The notes below the pieces were generated by a model. That model searched no databases. It was not told where the DNA came from and worked only from the letters and a program-made list of their open reading frames with translations. The position numbers and the translations under genes were made by a program. This document shows positions 30,582 through 41,032 of a DNA stretch of 64,000 bases, piece by piece (the stretch's first letter is position 1; each line of letters opens with the position of its first letter). The DNA is taken from positions 352,001 to 416,000 of the forward strand of contig CAWBVY010000004.1 of assembly GCA_963792415.1 (NCBI GenBank). Reading direction: 5' to 3'. The stretch comes from Candidatus Deferrimicrobiaceae bacterium (lineage in GTDB: Bacteria; Desulfobacterota; Deferrimicrobia; Deferrimicrobiales; Deferrimicrobiaceae).

Positions 30582-30707
30582 GGGTTGCAACTTTATCCGA
30601 TCCCCCCGGTCACATCAACGATTTCCATTTCCCGTTTCCGTTTGCCGCCAAGGAGATACAATAAACCGGTCGCGTCGTAGGAATCCGCTGCGGGAAGGAC
30701 ACGTGCA

Positions 30708-33569
30708 ATGACCTTACGCTCAAAAGGGAAAGATTTCCTGGCGCTTCCGGAAGCGTACAAGGCGTTCCATGACGGCATCTCCCCCCCGATCCCGTCGTCC
30801 CGGATCTTCTGCGACCCGTTCCGGACGCTCGCCTTCGGCACGGACGCCAGCTTCTACCGCCTCGTCCCGAAAATCGTCGTGAAGGCGAACACCCCGGAGG
30901 AAGTCGCGCATCTGCTGCGGACCGCGGCTCCCTTGAACATTCCCATCACCTTTCGCGCCGCCGGCACGAGCCTGTCGGGACAGGCCGTGACGGATTCCGT
31001 CCTGGTGGTGCTGGCCGGAGGATGGCGGAAGCGGACCATCCATGACGGCGGGGAGAAGATCTCGCTGGAGCCGGGGGTCATCGGCGCGGAGGCGAATGCC
31101 TGCCTCGCCCCGTACCGGCGGAAGATCGGTCCGGACCCCGCCTCGATCAATCATTGCATGATCGGGGGGATCGCCGCCAACAACGCGAGCGGCATGTGCT
31201 GCGGAACGGCGCAGAACAGCTACCGGACCGTGGAGAGCATGAAGATCATCTTCCACGACGGAACGGTCCTGGACACGGGCGACCCGGACTCGCGCCGCTC
31301 CTTCCTGGCCTCCCACGCGGAGATGATCCGGGAGATCGAAAAAATCCGGGACGAGATCGCCGGAGACGGCGTTCTCCGGCAACGGATCCAGGACAAGTTC
31401 CGCATCAAGAACACCACGGGGTACAGCATCAACGCCTTCGTGGATTACTCCGACCCCGTCGACATCCTTCTTCACCTGATGATCGGGTCCGAAGGGACCC
31501 TGGGATTCATCGCGGAAGTCACGTACCGGACCGTGGAGGAGCACGCGCACAATGCCTCGTCCCTGATCCTGTTTCCGGACATCGGGAACGCATGCCGGGC
31601 CACGATCCGGCTCAAGACCGGCCCGGTGTCCGCCGTCGAGCTGATGGACCGCGCCTCCCTCCGGTCCGTCGAGGAGAAGGAAGGGATGCCGGCCTATCTG
31701 AAAACTCTCGGGGATACCGCGACGGGGCTCCTGGTCGAGACGCGGGCCGGCGACGCGGATTCCCTTGCGCGGCAGGTGGAGGAGGTCCTTGGACTCCTTT
31801 CCGATCTCCCGACCGTCTTTCCCGCCGCCTTCACGGACCGGAAGGCGGAGTGCGAGAAGCTCTGGAACGTCCGGAAAGGGCTTTTTCCCGCCGTCGGGGC
31901 GGCGCGGCAGATCGGAACCACGGTGGTCATCGAGGACGTGGTGTTCCCCATCGAGACGCTCGCGGACGCGACCGTGGAGCTCGAGGGTCTGATGAAGAAG
32001 CACGGATACGATGAGGGGATCATTTTCGGCCACGCCCTGGAGGGGAACCTCCATTTCGTCTTCACCCAGGATTTCAGCGATTCGGCGGAAGTAGCGCGCT
32101 ACCAGCAGTTCATGGAAGACGTGTGCGACATGACGGTGAAGAAGTACGACGGGTCCCTAAAGGGGGAGCACGGCACGGGCCGGAACATGGCACCGTTCGT
32201 GGAGATGGAGTGGGGGAACAAGGCGTATGCGCTGATGAAGCGGATCAAGCGGGCCTTCGACCCGAAACGCCTCCTCAACCCCGGCGTGATCATCAACGAC
32301 AACCCCCTCGTGTACCTGGAGGACCTGAAGCCCCTCCCGAAGGTGCACGAGATCATCGACAAATGCACCGAGTGCGGGTTCTGCGAGATCATGTGTCCAT
32401 CCAGGGACCTCACGACGACGCCGCGTCAGCGCATCGTCGTCCGGCGGGAGATCTCCCGGTTGGGGGCCGTCGGAGGCGACGGAGAGGCGCTTCGCCGCCT
32501 CGAAACCGACTACCGGTACCTTGGCGAGCAGACGTGCGCGACGGACGGATTGTGCGCCACGACGTGCCCCGTGGCGATCAACACGGGGGAGCATACGAAG
32601 GAGCTTCGGTCCCTGCAAAAAGGCCGCTTCGGCCGGTCCGCGGCCCGGTGGGCCGCCGGCCACTACGCAACGGTCACCGCCGGGGTCCGGGGAGGGCTTG
32701 CCGCGATGGGAGCGGCGCGGACGGTGCTCGGGGACCGCGCCCTGGGCTCCGTGGCGCGGGGCGCAAGGGCCCTTTCGGGAGACCGGCTCCCCCTTTGGAA
32801 TTCCCGCATGCCGAACGCGGCCCCGGCGCAATCGTTCCGGCACACGTCCAACGGCTCCGCCCGCAAGGTGGTCTATTTCCCCAGTTGCATCGTGCGGACC
32901 ATGGGGCCTTCCCCCGGGGACCCGGACCAGCGCGCCCTCTTCGAGGCCGTCCGCTCGCTGCTCGGGAAGGCCGGGTACGAGATCCTGTACCCTCCCGATA
33001 TGGCCCGCCTGTGCTGCGGCATGCCGTTCGGGAGCAAGGGATTCGTCGAGGAGGCCGAGCGGAAGCGCAGGGAGCTCGAGGCGGCCCTCCTCGCATGCAG
33101 CCGGGACGGGGAGTACCCGGTGCTCTTCGACACGAGCCCGTGCCTCTACACGATGAAACAGAAACCGGACCCGCGCCTGCGGCTCTACGAGCCGGTCGAG
33201 TTCATCCATGCCTTCCTCCTGGACGCCCTGGAGTTCACGAAAATCCCGGAGACGATCGCCGTGCACGTTACGTGCAGCTCGATCAAGCTGGGTCTCCGGG
33301 AGAAGTTCCTGGCTGTGGCGGGGGCGTGCGCGGAGACGGTGGTGGTCCCCGATCGCGCGGGGTGCTGCGGCGTGGCAGGCGACCGGATCTTCTTCTTCCC
33401 GGAGCTCAACGAATCGGCGCTTTCTTCGCTCCGTGACGGCTTGCCGGCCGGTTGCCGATCCGGGGTTTCGAACAGCCGCACCTGCGAGATCGGTCTCTCC
33501 CTCCAGAGCGGTCTGCCGTACCAGTCCATCGTCTACCTGGCCGATCGATGCGCGGCAAGGAAGGCATAG
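30708..33569 (+). CDS. FAD- and Fe-S-binding quinone-dependent D-lactate dehydrogenase (Dld-II type)
   Basis: GTDASFYRLVP, FRAAGTSLSGQ, GPDPAS, GHALEGNLHF, GEHGTGRNM, CTECGFC and two CCG domains. Confidence 0.92.
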   Translation: MTLRSKGKDFLALPEAYKAFHDGISPPIPSSRIFCDPFRTLAFGTDASFYRLVPKIVVKANTPEEVAHLLRTAAPLNIPITFRAAGTSLSGQAVTDSVLVVLAGGWRKRTIHDGGEKISLEPGVIGAEANACLAPYRRKIGPDPASINHCMIGGIAANNASGMCCGTAQNSYRTVESMKIIFHDGTVLDTGDPDSRRSFLASHAEMIREIEKIRDEIAGDGVLRQRIQDKFRIKNTTGYSINAFVDYSDPVDILLHLMIGSEGTLGFIAEVTYRTVEEHAHNASSLILFPDIGNACRATIRLKTGPVSAVELMDRASLRSVEEKEGMPAYLKTLGDTATGLLVETRAGDADSLARQVEEVLGLLSDLPTVFPAAFTDRKAECEKLWNVRKGLFPAVGAARQIGTTVVIEDVVFPIETLADATVELEGLMKKHGYDEGIIFGHALEGNLHFVFTQDFSDSAEVARYQQFMEDVCDMTVKKYDGSLKGEHGTGRNMAPFVEMEWGNKAYALMKRIKRAFDPKRLLNPGVIINDNPLVYLEDLKPLPKVHEIIDKCTECGFCEIMCPSRDLTTTPRQRIVVRREISRLGAVGGDGEALRRLETDYRYLGEQTCATDGLCATTCPVAINTGEHTKELRSLQKGRFGRSAARWAAGHYATVTAGVRGGLAAMGAARTVLGDRALGSVARGARALSGDRLPLWNSRMPNAAPAQSFRHTSNGSARKVVYFPSCIVRTMGPSPGDPDQRALFEAVRSLLGKAGYEILYPPDMARLCCGMPFGSKGFVEEAERKRRELEAALLACSRDGEYPVLFDTSPCLYTMKQKPDPRLRLYEPVEFIHAFLLDALEFTKIPETIAVHVTCSSIKLGLREKFLAVAGACAETVVVPDRAGCCGVAGDRIFFFPELNESALSSLRDGLPAGCRSGVSNSRTCEIGLSLQSGLPYQSIVYLADRCAARKA

Positions 33570-33700
33570 GAGTCGCCCCGGCCCCGATCCTGTCCTTCGC
33601 GATTGAAGAGAAACCATCCGGAAGTGCGAGACATCCTACGAGGAAAAAATGGCACTCGCGGGAGCCGTTTCACCGCGAACCTGCCCGGGGAGATCCTTTG

Positions 33701-35761
33701 ATGAAAGGTGTGACCTTCATAAGACCGAGCCTCGCCCAGGAGTTCACCAAAGACATCCTCGCCTCCGAGACGTTGACCCGGTTCAACGAGCTCATCCATA
33801 CCAGGGTTGCAGATGGGCGCACCCTGGAAGAAGTCCGCCGTTCCCTCGTGGAGGCCCGGCCGGCGAAGCAGGCCCGACTGGACGCCGGCGAGCCGCTCGA
33901 CTTCCTTCCGGCGGACGAAGTGATCACCTTCCTGGACGGGACCACGATGACGGCCAGGCAGATCCGGGAGGCCGACTGGAAAGTCGACGGGCAGCCGCCG
34001 CAGCTCAACGGGCGGCACGTCCAGCTCACCGGCCCGTGCTCGGATCCCACCATGGCGATCGGCGCCATGAACACGGGTCAGCAGTGGATGGCGGACAGCG
34101 AGGACGCCGCCGCGCAGACCGCCGACAGCGCGTTGCGGACGCAGCGCACCCTCAAGCTTCTCTGCACCTGGACGCCGGAGGGAAAGCGCGCCATCGATGG
34201 AACCAGCGGAAAGCGCCTGAAGCCCGAAAACGAGCTGGCGAGGATGATCTATCGTCCCCGGGGCCTGCACCTCGACGACCGGCACCTCCTGGTGGATGGA
34301 GAAGCCGTTTCCGGAGGCTTCGTGGACGCCTGGTTGTTCCTCAGGCATAACGCGAAATCGCTGATGGACCGAGACCTGCCGGTCGCCTTCTATCTTCCCA
34401 AGCTGGAGTGCGTGCAGGAGGCCGACCTCTGGCACACCTTCCTGTACGAGACGGAGAAGGCGCTGGACCTTCCGCCCGGGACGGTAAAGGTTTACTTCCT
34501 CGTGGAGATCATCAACGCCACGTATCAGCTCGAGGAGATGATGTACGCCTTCACCCGGCCGATCCGTGACGCACGGACCGGGAAGACCGTCCCCGCCTCC
34601 CGCTTCATCGGGCCGAACGTCGGCCGCTGGGATTACCTCGCCAGCATGTACCGGGCCACTCGTGCCGACCTCGCGGGCATTCCGCCCGACACGAACCTCG
34701 TGACGCTGGACGGGGCCCGGTTCCTGGCGGTGTACGAACAGTACGTCTCGGACATGGCGCGCCGGCGCGGCGCCGTCCCCTGGGGCGGAATGTCGGCCAA
34801 CATATTGCTCCGGGCCACCCTGCGCCCGGGGGACTTCGAAAAGATCGCCGGAAAGGAGGGTGCGCCGGCCCTGTTGAGCGCCCTTCAGGCCGCGGGGTAC
34901 GTGGATCCCAAGGGGAACGTGACCGGGAAGTTCCAGGAGGGAGCGGACGCGCTGCCCGGCCTGCCGGCACCCTACGAGCCGCAACGAAAGCAGATCATCG
35001 CGATCCTGGAGGCCGTCACCGCGCGGGCCTACAACAACAAGGTCGCCCTCGAGAAGGCGAGCGACGACAAGACCCGGGAATCGGGGTTGCGGCTGGCGAA
35101 GGACGGCGGGCGCCGTTGCTACTACGGAGCCTGGGTGGCGACGCTGGACATGGTCGCGGTCATCCAGCCGATCTTCGAGAAGGCCGCCAGGGAGGGCCTC
35201 CTGGCGGCGCTGGACACCGCTCCGGCGCGGACCGACTGGTACGGCAAGGAGCTTGCGGCCGGACTCCGGACGTTCCCGCAGGGACTGGTGACCGAGGACG
35301 GGATGCGGGAGGACATCACGATCACGCTTCAGTACATGGCCTCCTACCTCCAGGGGAGCGCAGCGGCGGCCGTGACGAGTCCTCAACTCAAGCTGCAGCT
35401 GATGGAGGACCTGGCAACGGCGGAGATCCGCCGGGCCGCCCTCTGGAAGCGTCTGCACGCCGGGGCCGTCCTCCAGGGAGAGGGGCCGTTGGCCGGAAAG
35501 CGACTGACCGAGGAGGTGTTCCTGCGGCTCCTGGACGAGGAGGCGGGAAAGCTCAAGGGCAAGTCGGTCGGCACGGCCAGGGAGATCTTGCGGTGGACGA
35601 CCACCGCCGGGAAGCTCATCCCCTGGATCTCCGATCCCCTGAACGTCGTGCTGGATGAGGAAAGTCCGGAGGCGATCACCGCCGCCCTCAAGGCGTACTT
35701 CGACACGTATGTCACTACCGGAAAGCGGCTTGCCAGGGTGGCGGGAGCGGAAAGCCGGTAG
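33701..35761 (+). CDS. aceB: Malate synthase (MSA-like, divergent, with an internal insertion)
   Basis: MADSED, YRPRGLHL, YLPKLE, NVGRWDY, GGMSA and LMEDLATAEI. Confidence 0.82.
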   Translation: MKGVTFIRPSLAQEFTKDILASETLTRFNELIHTRVADGRTLEEVRRSLVEARPAKQARLDAGEPLDFLPADEVITFLDGTTMTARQIREADWKVDGQPPQLNGRHVQLTGPCSDPTMAIGAMNTGQQWMADSEDAAAQTADSALRTQRTLKLLCTWTPEGKRAIDGTSGKRLKPENELARMIYRPRGLHLDDRHLLVDGEAVSGGFVDAWLFLRHNAKSLMDRDLPVAFYLPKLECVQEADLWHTFLYETEKALDLPPGTVKVYFLVEIINATYQLEEMMYAFTRPIRDARTGKTVPASRFIGPNVGRWDYLASMYRATRADLAGIPPDTNLVTLDGARFLAVYEQYVSDMARRRGAVPWGGMSANILLRATLRPGDFEKIAGKEGAPALLSALQAAGYVDPKGNVTGKFQEGADALPGLPAPYEPQRKQIIAILEAVTARAYNNKVALEKASDDKTRESGLRLAKDGGRRCYYGAWVATLDMVAVIQPIFEKAAREGLLAALDTAPARTDWYGKELAAGLRTFPQGLVTEDGMREDITITLQYMASYLQGSAAAAVTSPQLKLQLMEDLATAEIRRAALWKRLHAGAVLQGEGPLAGKRLTEEVFLRLLDEEAGKLKGKSVGTAREILRWTTTAGKLIPWISDPLNVVLDEESPEAITAALKAYFDTYVTTGKRLARVAGAESR

Positions 35762-35820
35762 GTCCCCGGAGCGGCGTCGCTCCCGATGCGATGGATCCTC
35801 CGTCCCGCCGGTTTTCGAAC

Positions 35821-35849
35821 TTGACATCCCCGGGAAGGACGCTTAGTAA
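35821..35849 (+). promoter_or_regulatory. Putative sigma70 promoter for usp
   Basis: TTGACA-17nt-TAGTAA upstream of ATG 35931. Confidence 0.35.
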
Positions 35850-35930
35850 AGAATACGTACTCGATTCATGTGAAGGGACGGACCCGCGGAGTTTCGCCGG
35901 AAAACCGGGACAGGTGGAAAAGGAGGATCC

Positions 35931-36422
35931 ATGTACAAGAACATCCTGTTGCCGACGGACGGGTTGGCGAAATGCCTGGCGGGAACCTGCCACGGGATTC
36001 TGCTCGCCAAGGCCCTCGGAGCGAAAATAACGGCGGTGTACGTCACGAGGCATCTCACCGCCCAGGAGATTCTGGAGACCTATCACGAGGACACGCCGTG
36101 GGGCGCCTCGGACGGCAGGAAGGTCCAGGAGGCGATCGCGCAAGCGAAGGGATCGCACCGGGAAGAGGCGGACAAAGCCCTGGCGGTGGCGGAGAGAATG
36201 TGCGCAGAAAACGGCGTTCCGTGCGAGAAGGTGCAACTCGAGGATGAATCCCCGGCGGATGGAATCCTGCATGCGGCACGCCAGAAAGGGTGTGACGCGA
36301 TCTTCATGTCGACGCACGGCAAACCGGGAATCATGGGCATACTGTTCGGGACCTTGGCGTCGAAAGTCCTATCGCAATCGAAGATCGCCGTCATGGTGCA
36401 CTACTGCGACGGACCGGATTGA
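35931..36422 (+). CDS. Universal stress protein
   Basis: MYKNILLPTDG, MSTHG and LFGTLASKVL, with RBS AGGAGG. Confidence 0.9.
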   Translation: MYKNILLPTDGLAKCLAGTCHGILLAKALGAKITAVYVTRHLTAQEILETYHEDTPWGASDGRKVQEAIAQAKGSHREEADKALAVAERMCAENGVPCEKVQLEDESPADGILHAARQKGCDAIFMSTHGKPGIMGILFGTLASKVLSQSKIAVMVHYCDGPD

Positions 36423-36476
36423 GACGATCGTACGGAAACAGGTGACGGTGGGCGGAACCGGTCCGTTTCCCGGGGG

Positions 36477-37424
36477 TCAGGCGGGGAATTGGACCTTTCC
36501 CCGGGCTCTCAATTCCAGCGGCAGCAGGCTGCGGTACAGGTAATCATGAAGCGGGGTGGCGACGCCGGCCTGTTGCCCAAGGCGGACCACGGCCCCGTTC
36601 CACGCCTCAAGCTCCGACGGGCAACCGGCGATGATGTCCCGCTGCATCGAGACGGTCCCCTCCGGGGGCAGGGAATCCACGAAATCCATCGTCCTGGCGA
36701 CGATATCGTCCCTTAGAACAACCTTTCTTTCTTGGGCAACGGCCCGAATCTCGCGCATCCCCTCTTCCAGCATCCGGCGCGTCTCCGGGAGCGTGCGCAA
36801 GGTTCCGACCGGCGCGCGCGTCACCGCCCCGATTCCCCCCAGGGGAGCGATGAACAGGAACTTTTCCCAGACGGAAACGTGGATATCCGGAGAGATTTCC
36901 GCGGCGATCCCTCCCCGGGACAGGAATTCCCGAAGCCGTTCGGTCCGTTCGCTCGGGCGGTGATCGAGCTCACCGACCGTGATGGAGGCCGGCCCGCCGA
37001 GGTGGCGTATGCATCCCGGCGCGGCGATGAAGGTCAATACCCTGGCCGAGCCGCCGACCACGCGCTCCCGGCCCAGGACCGAAGCGAGCTGGTCCGCGGC
37101 TTCCACGCCGTTCTGCAGCGGGACCACGAACGTTTCCGGCCCGATCAACGGCCGGATCGCCTGCGCCACTTCCGGTACCTGCCACGCCTTCACGCAGACG
37201 AAGACGACGTCGACCGCTCCCGCCTTCGCCGGATCGTCCGTCACCAGGGCCGGCGTGACGACGAAGTCGCCATCGGTGCTGTCAACGCGCAGGCCGTTCT
37301 CGCGGATCGCCCGGAGATGTTCGCCGCGCGCGATGAGGATGACGTGCTCTCCCGCCCGGGCCAGGCGTGCGCCGAAATAGCCTCCGGTCCCGCCCGCCCC
37401 GAACATGGCGATTCGCATTCTCAT
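36477..37424 (-). CDS. panE: 2-dehydropantoate 2-reductase family protein
   Basis: GAGGTGGYFG, CVKAWQ, LQNGVE, WEKFLF, SMQRD and SELE. Confidence 0.9.
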   Translation of the reverse strand: MRMRIAMFGAGGTGGYFGARLARAGEHVILIARGEHLRAIRENGLRVDSTDGDFVVTPALVTDDPAKAGAVDVVFVCVKAWQVPEVAQAIRPLIGPETFVVPLQNGVEAADQLASVLGRERVVGGSARVLTFIAAPGCIRHLGGPASITVGELDHRPSERTERLREFLSRGGIAAEISPDIHVSVWEKFLFIAPLGGIGAVTRAPVGTLRTLPETRRMLEEGMREIRAVAQERKVVLRDDIVARTMDFVDSLPPEGTVSMQRDIIAGCPSELEAWNGAVVRLGQQAGVATPLHDYLYRSLLPLELRARGKVQFPA

Positions 37425-38068
37425 CGAACGATGATGATTCCCGCAAGGACGCCGCAGGGGATCTCGTCGGGCTTGGCGTCGCTCCCGATGGGGTAGACGC
37501 TCCATCCCGCCGAGGCGATCATCTTGTAGACGTCGATGCCCACGGCCTCCATCGACGGCCTGGAGCGGAGGGAAAACCGGCACTTCGTGCCTTTCATGAC
37601 CGCGCAATCTTCCTGTTGGGCGCAGAAGGTATGCCGGCAGGACCCTGCGCCGAAGCCGAACGCCAGGTAGTGGCCGTCATAAAAGGCTGCCGATTCGACG
37701 CCGTTCACGATCTTGTAGACATCCTGGTACGCGGCGATTCTCTCCCTGATCGTCGCCTTGTCCCTGACGACGACCTCGGAGGGGATCTCCTTTACGAAGA
37801 AAACCGCCGACTGGTACTTCTCCAGAAGGGAACGGAGCTCGGCAGGCTTCATCGTGTTGGGAGGACAGTTCGCGCTGACTCCATATCCGAAGCAGAGGGG
37901 GATCTGGCACTTCATCCTCACCCGATCGTCGACGGGGATATCGTTGACAGGGACGATTCTGGCCCGGGTGGCGCCCAGTTCCATGGCCTTCTCCTGGTAT
38001 TTCCGCAGATCGCCTGCAATCTGGACCTCGTCGACGGCGAGCGTGATTTCCTTCGGTTTCCGTCCCAT
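37421..38068 (-). CDS. DUF2284-like predicted metal-binding protein
   Basis: RMKCQIPLCFGYG..NCPP, GSCRHTFC and CRFSLRSRPSMEAVGIDV. Confidence 0.85.
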   Translation of the reverse strand: MGRKPKEITLAVDEVQIAGDLRKYQEKAMELGATRARIVPVNDIPVDDRVRMKCQIPLCFGYGVSANCPPNTMKPAELRSLLEKYQSAVFFVKEIPSEVVVRDKATIRERIAAYQDVYKIVNGVESAAFYDGHYLAFGFGAGSCRHTFCAQQEDCAVMKGTKCRFSLRSRPSMEAVGIDVYKMIASAGWSVYPIGSDAKPDEIPCGVLAGIIIVR

Positions 38069-38087
38069 CTCCACCTCCGGGATTTCC

Positions 38088-38840
38088 TTATCCCCGCCCG
38101 ATAAAGGGCATCTTTGTGGCCATGACGGTCAAGAACTGCACGTTCGCCTCCAGAGGAAGACCGGCCATGTACACAACGGCCTGCGCGACGTGCTCCACAT
38201 CCATGGTCGGTTCCACGGCGGTCGTGCCGTTGGCCTGCGGCACGCCGGTTTTCATCCGTTGCACCATTTCCGTCGCCGCGTTGCCGATGTCGATCTGGCC
38301 GCAGGCGATATCGTACTTGCGGCCGTCGAGCGCGGTCGATTTCGTGAGACCGGTGATGGCGTGCTTGGTGGCCGTATAGGGGGCGGAGTTCGGCCTGGGC
38401 GCGTGGGCGGATATCGACCCGTTGTTGATGATCCTCCCGCCCATCGGGCGCTGGCTCTTCATGATCCTGAACGCTTCCTGCGTGCACAGAAACACGCCGG
38501 TGAGATTGACGTCCACCACGGCTTTCCACTGTTCGTGGGACAGGTCCTCCAAAAGGACCGGCGGTGCGCCTATGCCCGCATTGTTGAACAGCAGGTCGAG
38601 CCTGCCGAAGGCTTCCCGGGTCCTGTCGAACAGGGCGCGAACGGATGCGGGATCCGACACATCGACGGGCACGGCCAACGCCCGCGCGCCGGCCGCCCCC
38701 GCCTGGTCGACCGTCTCCTGCAGCCGCTCCAACCGCCGCCCGGCCAGGGCAACGGCGTATCCCTCGCGCAGAAGGGCAAGCGCGGTCTGCCTGCCGATCC
38801 CCGTTCCCGCGCCGGTTACGATGGCAACTTTCTGCCGCAC
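38088..38840 (-). CDS. SDR family oxidoreductase
   Basis: [19 protein letters not shown] and YTATK. Confidence 0.92.
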   Translation of the reverse strand: MRQKVAIVTGAGTGIGRQTALALLREGYAVALAGRRLERLQETVDQAGAAGARALAVPVDVSDPASVRALFDRTREAFGRLDLLFNNAGIGAPPVLLEDLSHEQWKAVVDVNLTGVFLCTQEAFRIMKSQRPMGGRIINNGSISAHAPRPNSAPYTATKHAITGLTKSTALDGRKYDIACGQIDIGNAATEMVQRMKTGVPQANGTTAVEPTMDVEHVAQAVVYMAGLPLEANVQFLTVMATKMPFIGRG

Positions 38841-39199
38841 TACTCCTCCAGCTGGGTCAGTACGCTTCCCAGCCGGGAAACGTAGATGTGGGAGAATTCC
38901 GAGTCCCCGGTCGCGCCGTGCCAATGTTTTTCTCCCGGAGCGATGAGGACGATGTCCCCTTCGGTCACGACCCGCTCTTCCCTTTCCGTGGCCACGATCC
39001 CTTTTCCGGAAGTGACGATCAGGACCTGTTCGCTGTCGTGGGAATGGAACTTGTTCCGCACTCCCTTGCCGAAGTTCACGACATTCACGCTGAGCTCCTT
39101 GCTGTCGGGCACCAGGAGCTGTCTCGTCACATCCGACCCCGTGAAGATGGGACGGGAAAACGGTTCCTTCTCTACCTCGCGGATCGATACGATTTTCAT
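38840..39199 (-). CDS. Cupin domain protein
   Basis: [10 protein letters not shown] and PGEKHWHGA. Confidence 0.87.
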   Translation of the reverse strand: MKIVSIREVEKEPFSRPIFTGSDVTRQLLVPDSKELSVNVVNFGKGVRNKFHSHDSEQVLIVTSGKGIVATEREERVVTEGDIVLIAPGEKHWHGATGDSEFSHIYVSRLGSVLTQLEE

Positions 39200-39216
39200 C
39201 CCGTGCCCCCGGATTT

Positions 39217-39561
39217 CTACTGTATGGGCGGAGAGTGGTGTATGAAGATCCTCAACGACTCGTTGCCGGTATTCTTCAACGCGTGCTCGTTGGTCTGCGA
39301 CACGAAGATGTAATCGCCGGCCTCGACGGGCTCCCAGGCTCCATTGACGTATGCTTCCCCTTTTCCGGAGACCACGAGCATGGAATCCACCTGCGGATCG
39401 TGGATGTGGATGGGGAGGCTGGCATTGGGCTGAATATCGATCAGGCAGACGCTGACGGCATTCGTGTCCTTCCCCGAGATGAACAGGGACCACTGCACGT
39501 TGGCGAACCTGGGATGCGGGGTAAACGACATTTCTTTCTTGCGGAACAATCGGGTTTCCAT
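39217..39561 (-). CDS. Cupin domain protein
   Basis: IHIHDPQVD and NEHALKN, with RBS GAGGAG. Confidence 0.85.
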   Translation of the reverse strand: METRLFRKKEMSFTPHPRFANVQWSLFISGKDTNAVSVCLIDIQPNASLPIHIHDPQVDSMLVVSGKGEAYVNGAWEPVEAGDYIFVSQTNEHALKNTGNESLRIFIHHSPPIQ

Positions 39562-39844
39562 CGATGGTCTCCTCTTGTCCTCCTGTCGAAAAAACGTTGC
39601 CCATGTGGAAATCCCGTTGATTTCCCTGCCTCTTTCCGCGTCTTCCCGCCGCCAGTATATATCCCTCCCGTTCGGCGTCAACCCTGAACGACATCATGGA
39701 TAGGCACTCCCTCTTTCGAAATGCGTGCCATCGTGACGGTGATCTTGCGAAACCATTCAGGTCGTTTCAATGAATCGTGAAATTCCCGGATCCATACATT
39801 ACAATATTCGACACATTAGGGGCTTCGATGAGGGGGGGGGAACC

Positions 39845-41032
39845 ATGGTTTTTCCAGGCGGACGTCATTTTCTTCAAATTCCCGGGCCCACGAATGTACC
39901 GGACCGGGTCCTGCGTGCCATGAACCGGCCGACCATCGACCATCGCGGTTCCGAATTCGCCCGACTCTCTCTCGACGTGCTCGAAGGGCTCAAGCGGATC
40001 TTCCGGACCTCCGCGCCCGTCATCGTTTACCCATCGTCCGGCACCGGCGCCTGGGAGGCGGCGCTCGTCAACACCCTTTCGGCGGGGGATAAGATCCTGA
40101 TGTTTGAAACCGGGCATTTCGCGACGCTGTGGCGGAACCTGGCGAAGGAGCTCGGCCTGGAGGTCGATTTCCTTCCCGGCGACTGGCGACACGGCGTGGA
40201 CGCGAAGGCCCTCGAAAAAGCGCTCGCGGAAGACGGGGCGCACGCGATCAAGGTCGTCGGGGTCGTCCACAACGAAACCTCCACCGGGGTCACCACCCGG
40301 ATATCCGAAATCCGGAAAGCCATCGATCGTGCCGGGCATCCCGCCCTGTTGATGGTCGATACGATCTCCTCCCTGGCATCCATCGATTATCGCCATGACG
40401 CGTGGGGAGTCGACGTGGCCGTGGGATGCTCCCAGAAGGGGCTGATGCTGCCGCCGGGTCTTGGCCTGAACGCCATCAGCGAAAAGGCCCGACAGGCGTC
40501 GAAATCGGCAAGGCTGAAGAAATCGTACTGGGCCTGGGAGCCGATCCTTGCGGCCAACAAGTCGGGCTTCTTCCCATACACCCCTCCGACAAATCTGTTG
40601 TACGGTTTACAGGAAGCCGTCCGGATGCTGGAAGAGGAAGGAGTGCGGAACGTCTTCGCCCGCCATGACCGCCACGCCGAGGCGACGCGGCGGGCCGTGC
40701 GGGGATGGGGACTCGAAATCCTTTGTGCCGACCCCGAAGAATACAGCAGTTCCCTTACCGCGGTCCTGATGCCGGAGGAGCATGATGCGGACGATCTGCG
40801 TGGCGTGATAATGGAGAACTTCAACTTGTCCCTGGGCACCGGATTGGGAAAGGTCAAGGGGAAGGTGTTCCGCATCGGCCACCTTGGCGATTTCAACGAC
40901 CTCATGCTCGCCGGAACCCTTTCCGGCGTTGAAATGGGCCTCTCCCTCGCCGGCGTCCCCTACTCGAGAGGAGGGGTGGCGGAAGCCCTCGATTACCTGC
41001 AATGCACCCGGAAAGGGAACGTCAGCCGCTAG
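39845..41032 (+). CDS. sgaA: Serine-glyoxylate aminotransferase (class V PLP)
   Basis: GRHFLQIPGPTNVP, SGTGAWEAA, HNETSTG, DTISSL, SQKGLMLPPG and FRIGHLG. Confidence 0.9.
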   Translation: MVFPGGRHFLQIPGPTNVPDRVLRAMNRPTIDHRGSEFARLSLDVLEGLKRIFRTSAPVIVYPSSGTGAWEAALVNTLSAGDKILMFETGHFATLWRNLAKELGLEVDFLPGDWRHGVDAKALEKALAEDGAHAIKVVGVVHNETSTGVTTRISEIRKAIDRAGHPALLMVDTISSLASIDYRHDAWGVDVAVGCSQKGLMLPPGLGLNAISEKARQASKSARLKKSYWAWEPILAANKSGFFPYTPPTNLLYGLQEAVRMLEEEGVRNVFARHDRHAEATRRAVRGWGLEILCADPEEYSSSLTAVLMPEEHDADDLRGVIMENFNLSLGTGLGKVKGKVFRIGHLGDFNDLMLAGTLSGVEMGLSLAGVPYSRGGVAEALDYLQCTRKGNVSR

